Source: Planctomycetota bacterium
Lineage (GTDB): Bacteria > Planctomycetota > UBA1135 > GCA-002686595
Assembly: GCA_047629095.1 (NCBI GenBank)
Contig: JBLHWM010000001.1
Span: forward strand, 1-46,155
Direction: 5' to 3'
Length of the DNA: 46,155 nucleotides
Shown piece by piece: positions 44,101 through 46,155 of this stretch. A program made the translations under genes and the position numbers. Each line of letters starts with the position of its first letter. Position 1 is the first letter of the stretch. The notes under the pieces were generated by a model, which had not been told where the DNA came from, made no database searches, and was given only the letters and a program-made list of their open reading frames with translations.

Positions 44101-44706
44101 CTAAGCGCCGGGACGAGAACCAGGCTTGACAGCCTGGGTGCCGGAGGCGCAAAGGGGGCATTCGGTGGGCTGCCAGGTGCGGGCTTCCACGTCGGACAAG
44201 GACACAAGCGGGATGCCCAGGTCCTCGAAGGGGTTGCCCCCGGAGCGGTTCACTAGGCAGCCGGCTACGACAACCTTGGCGCCGAGGGACTCGAGTACCT
44301 GAATCACTTCCCGCGCGCTTCCGCCGGTGGTCAGGACGTCCTCGACCACGAGCACGCGCTCGCCCTCCTTGAGGGTGAAGCCGCGGCGCAGAACCATCTC
44401 GCCGTCTTTCCGCTCGGTAAAGATCGCGCGCGTCCCGCAGGCTCGACCGACTTCGTAGGAGAAGGTCACCGCTCCCATGGCAGGACCAACGACGACATCG
44501 ATGTCTAGGTCCTTAACCACCCGAGCGATGCTCAGGGCCGCGGCGCCTGCCTCCTCCGGGTATTGGAGAAAGAGAGCGCACTGGAAATAGCGGTCACTGT
44601 GGAGGCCCGAAGAGAGCTCGAAGTGGCCCTCGAGCAAGGCTTCTTTACCACGCATAGACTCCAGCAAAGTTGCCGAGTCCATGCCTGCTCCTACGAGTGG
44701 GGCCAT
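44101..44706 (-). CDS. pyrE: Orotate phosphoribosyltransferase
   Basis: GHFELSSGLHSDRYF and the PRPP motif VLVVEDVLTTGGS. Confidence 0.92.
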   Translation of the reverse strand: MAPLVGAGMDSATLLESMRGKEALLEGHFELSSGLHSDRYFQCALFLQYPEEAGAAALSIARVVKDLDIDVVVGPAMGAVTFSYEVGRACGTRAIFTERKDGEMVLRRGFTLKEGERVLVVEDVLTTGGSAREVIQVLESLGAKVVVAGCLVNRSGGNPFEDLGIPLVSLSDVEARTWQPTECPLCASGTQAVKPGSRPGA

Positions 44707-44708
44707 GG

Positions 44709-45017
44709 TTAGTTGTCTCCGGATTCGCTGCCATCAGCGGGAGCTGCGTCGATGGTGACACCGGAATCAAGAACCGACGTCGAGCTGTGCTCGCGGTTCA
44801 TGACTTGGATGCCGAGGGCCGTCACAAGGAAGACCACGGCGACCCAGCCGGTGAAACGGTTGATGCCGGAGGAGCCGACGCCGAAGGTTGCCTGGCCGTG
44901 GCCACCAAGGGCCTCGCCGAAGCCGCCACCCTTGCCCTCTTGGAGCAAGATCACCACGATCAGAACGATCGCGGCGATGACGAAGAGGATGTATGAGAGG
45001 ATTAGAAAAACGGACAT
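44709..45017 (-). CDS. secG: Preprotein translocase subunit SecG
   Basis: 102 aa. TM1 followed by LLQEGKGGGFGEALGG, then a second TM. Classic SecG pattern. Confidence 0.9.
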   Translation of the reverse strand: MSVFLILSYILFVIAAIVLIVVILLQEGKGGGFGEALGGHGQATFGVGSSGINRFTGWVAVVFLVTALGIQVMNREHSSTSVLDSGVTIDAAPADGSESGDN

Positions 45018-45026
45018 GGGAGAAGT

Positions 45027-45782
45027 TTAGTTGTCGAACTCGATGATCGCTGTGAATGAATCGCCCTTTAGGGCCGCGCCCCCGACGAGGGCACCGTCGA
45101 TGCCCTCCACGGACATCAATTCCTTGACGTTGTCGGGCTTGACGCTGCCGCCATACTGGATGCGCGTCATGTCGGCCAGCCCCTGGTCGTAAAGACCAGC
45201 GAGCACGCCGCGAAGGTAGGTGTGAACTTGCCCGGCTTGCTCCGGGGTAGCCGTCAGGCCAGTGCCGATTGCCCAGACTGGCTCGTAGGCAATGGTAACG
45301 CGCTCGGCGTCCTTGCGCGAGACCCCGGCGAGGCCCTCGACCAAGTGGCGCCGAACGATGGCCTCGGTCTGGCCGTCCTCGCGCTCTTCCTGGGTCTCCC
45401 CGGCGCAGAGGATCACGTCGAGGCCGGCTGTCAGGGCCGCCTTGACCTTGGCGTTAATCAGGGCATCGGTCTCGCCATAGACGTGGCGGCGCTCGGAGTG
45501 CCCAAGCACGACGAGCTCGCAGCCCACGTCCTTGAGCATCGCGGCGCTGATCTCGCCGGTGTGCGCGCCACTGGCGGCATCGCACATGTTCTGGGCACCG
45601 AGGCGAACGCGGGAGCCGGCCAAGGCCCGGGCCATCTCGTCGAGGTAGACGAAGGGCGGGAACACGGCGACGTCCACGTTGGCGCGGCGATCGGCCGATG
45701 CGCGCACGGCGGCGACCAGGTCGCTCGCGGAGCGGCGGTCGGTGTTCATCTTCCAGTTACCAGCTAGGAATGGACGTCTCAT
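45027..45782 (-). CDS. tpiA: Triosephosphate isomerase
   Basis: FLAGNWKMN, GHSERR, AYEPVWAIGTG, GGSV. Confidence 0.96.
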   Translation of the reverse strand: MRRPFLAGNWKMNTDRRSASDLVAAVRASADRRANVDVAVFPPFVYLDEMARALAGSRVRLGAQNMCDAASGAHTGEISAAMLKDVGCELVVLGHSERRHVYGETDALINAKVKAALTAGLDVILCAGETQEEREDGQTEAIVRRHLVEGLAGVSRKDAERVTIAYEPVWAIGTGLTATPEQAGQVHTYLRGVLAGLYDQGLADMTRIQYGGSVKPDNVKELMSVEGIDGALVGGAALKGDSFTAIIEFDN

Positions 45783-46155
45783 GGGAGCTCGGGGTGCGGC
45801 GCGGCGACCGCTTCGTTGTCGGGGGAGAGGGAGGCGCCGCCCGTGGCGATGCCTTTATTTTGGGGCAAGACGAGCGTCTTACCGAGGGCCGCGCAGAGGG
45901 CGGCTGTGTCTCGGGCGATGTCCGCGAAGTCGCTGGGAGAGATGGCTTGGTCGGCGTCGGACTTGGCCCGGGCGGGGTTGGGATGGACCTCGACAATCAA
46001 GCCGTCCGCTCCGACCGCGACACCGGCGCGGGCGAGGGGGCGGATCAGATCCGCGCGGCCGGCTGCGTGGGAGGGGTCGACGATCACGGGCAGGTGGGTG
46101 GCGCCCTTGAGGTGCGCGACGGTGCCGAGGTCGAGCACGTTGCGGGTGGCGCTGT
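45779..46155 (-). CDS. 3-deoxy-7-phosphoheptulonate (DAHP) synthase, class I-beta type, C-terminal part (5' end outside the window)
   Basis: NVLDLGTVAHLKGATHLPVIVDPSHAAGR...GLIVEVHPNP. The DPSH motif favours DAHP synthase over KDO8P synthase. The frame is open to the window edge. ATGA overlap with tpiA. Confidence 0.8.
   Translation of the reverse strand, partial: SATRNVLDLGTVAHLKGATHLPVIVDPSHAAGRADLIRPLARAGVAVGADGLIVEVHPNPARAKSDADQAISPSDFADIARDTAALCAALGKTLVLPQNKGIATGGASLSPDNEAVAAPHPELP

Noticed and set aside
1-46155. Known defence systems, toxin-antitoxin pairs, prophage or transposon remnants
   Set aside because: No nuclease-methylase pair, Cas, reverse transcriptase, small paired ORFs with TA-like features, transposase or terminal inverted repeats were recognisable in any frame.

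Overview
GC-rich chromosomal window dominated by housekeeping genes: about 40 protein genes, one tRNA-Phe and several clear rho-independent terminators. I saw no transposase, integrase, CRISPR array or recognisable defence gene. The plus-strand part carries rnc(partial)-mfd-SurA-like, then three paralogous envelope proteins, def-ribF, tRNA-Phe, DUF971-arfB, an orphan ORF plus an O/P-type porin, yyaL, a DUF2203 gene, a Fur-family regulator, ctpA-tsaD and carA. The minus-strand part carries an orphan ORF, rpsT, a TPR gene, queD, katG, an EF-hand protein and a secreted repeat protein. It also holds a roughly 14 kb tightly packed array: DAHP synthase-tpiA-secG-pyrE-yicC-gmk-coaC-coaB-ftsK-(FtsK-like)-rimO-pgsA-pgpA-PP2C phosphatase-mazG-like-priA, with many 4-nt ATGA start/stop overlaps. 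Two loci stand out. (1) Bases 5152-9845 hold three paralogous extracytoplasmic alpha/alpha-toroid (prenyltransferase/squalene-cyclase-repeat) proteins. Two of them carry an N-terminal single-pass anchor with a TonB-like R-x-P-W...S-x3-H-x6-L signature followed by a Glu/Pro-rich spacer, and the third is a lipoprotein. (2) Bases 36033-38720 encode an FtsK paralogue with no motor, translationally coupled to canonical ftsK. It has an FtsK-like polytopic N-terminus and an FtsK-gamma-like winged helix at the C-terminus. These are separated by about 650 aa of in-frame tandem repeats (acidic DDLVAELDEDE...EEEYEEEE units and AEAEAEAKAAE units) instead of the ATPase. Other points are coaC and coaB in different overlapping frames, a signal-peptide-bearing KatG divergent from a Fur-family regulator, and several unexplained palindromes and direct repeats in intergenic regions. 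All family assignments rest on motifs read by eye, because no database search could be run. The lineage guess (PVC/Planctomycetota-like or similar GC-rich Gram-negative) is inference only.
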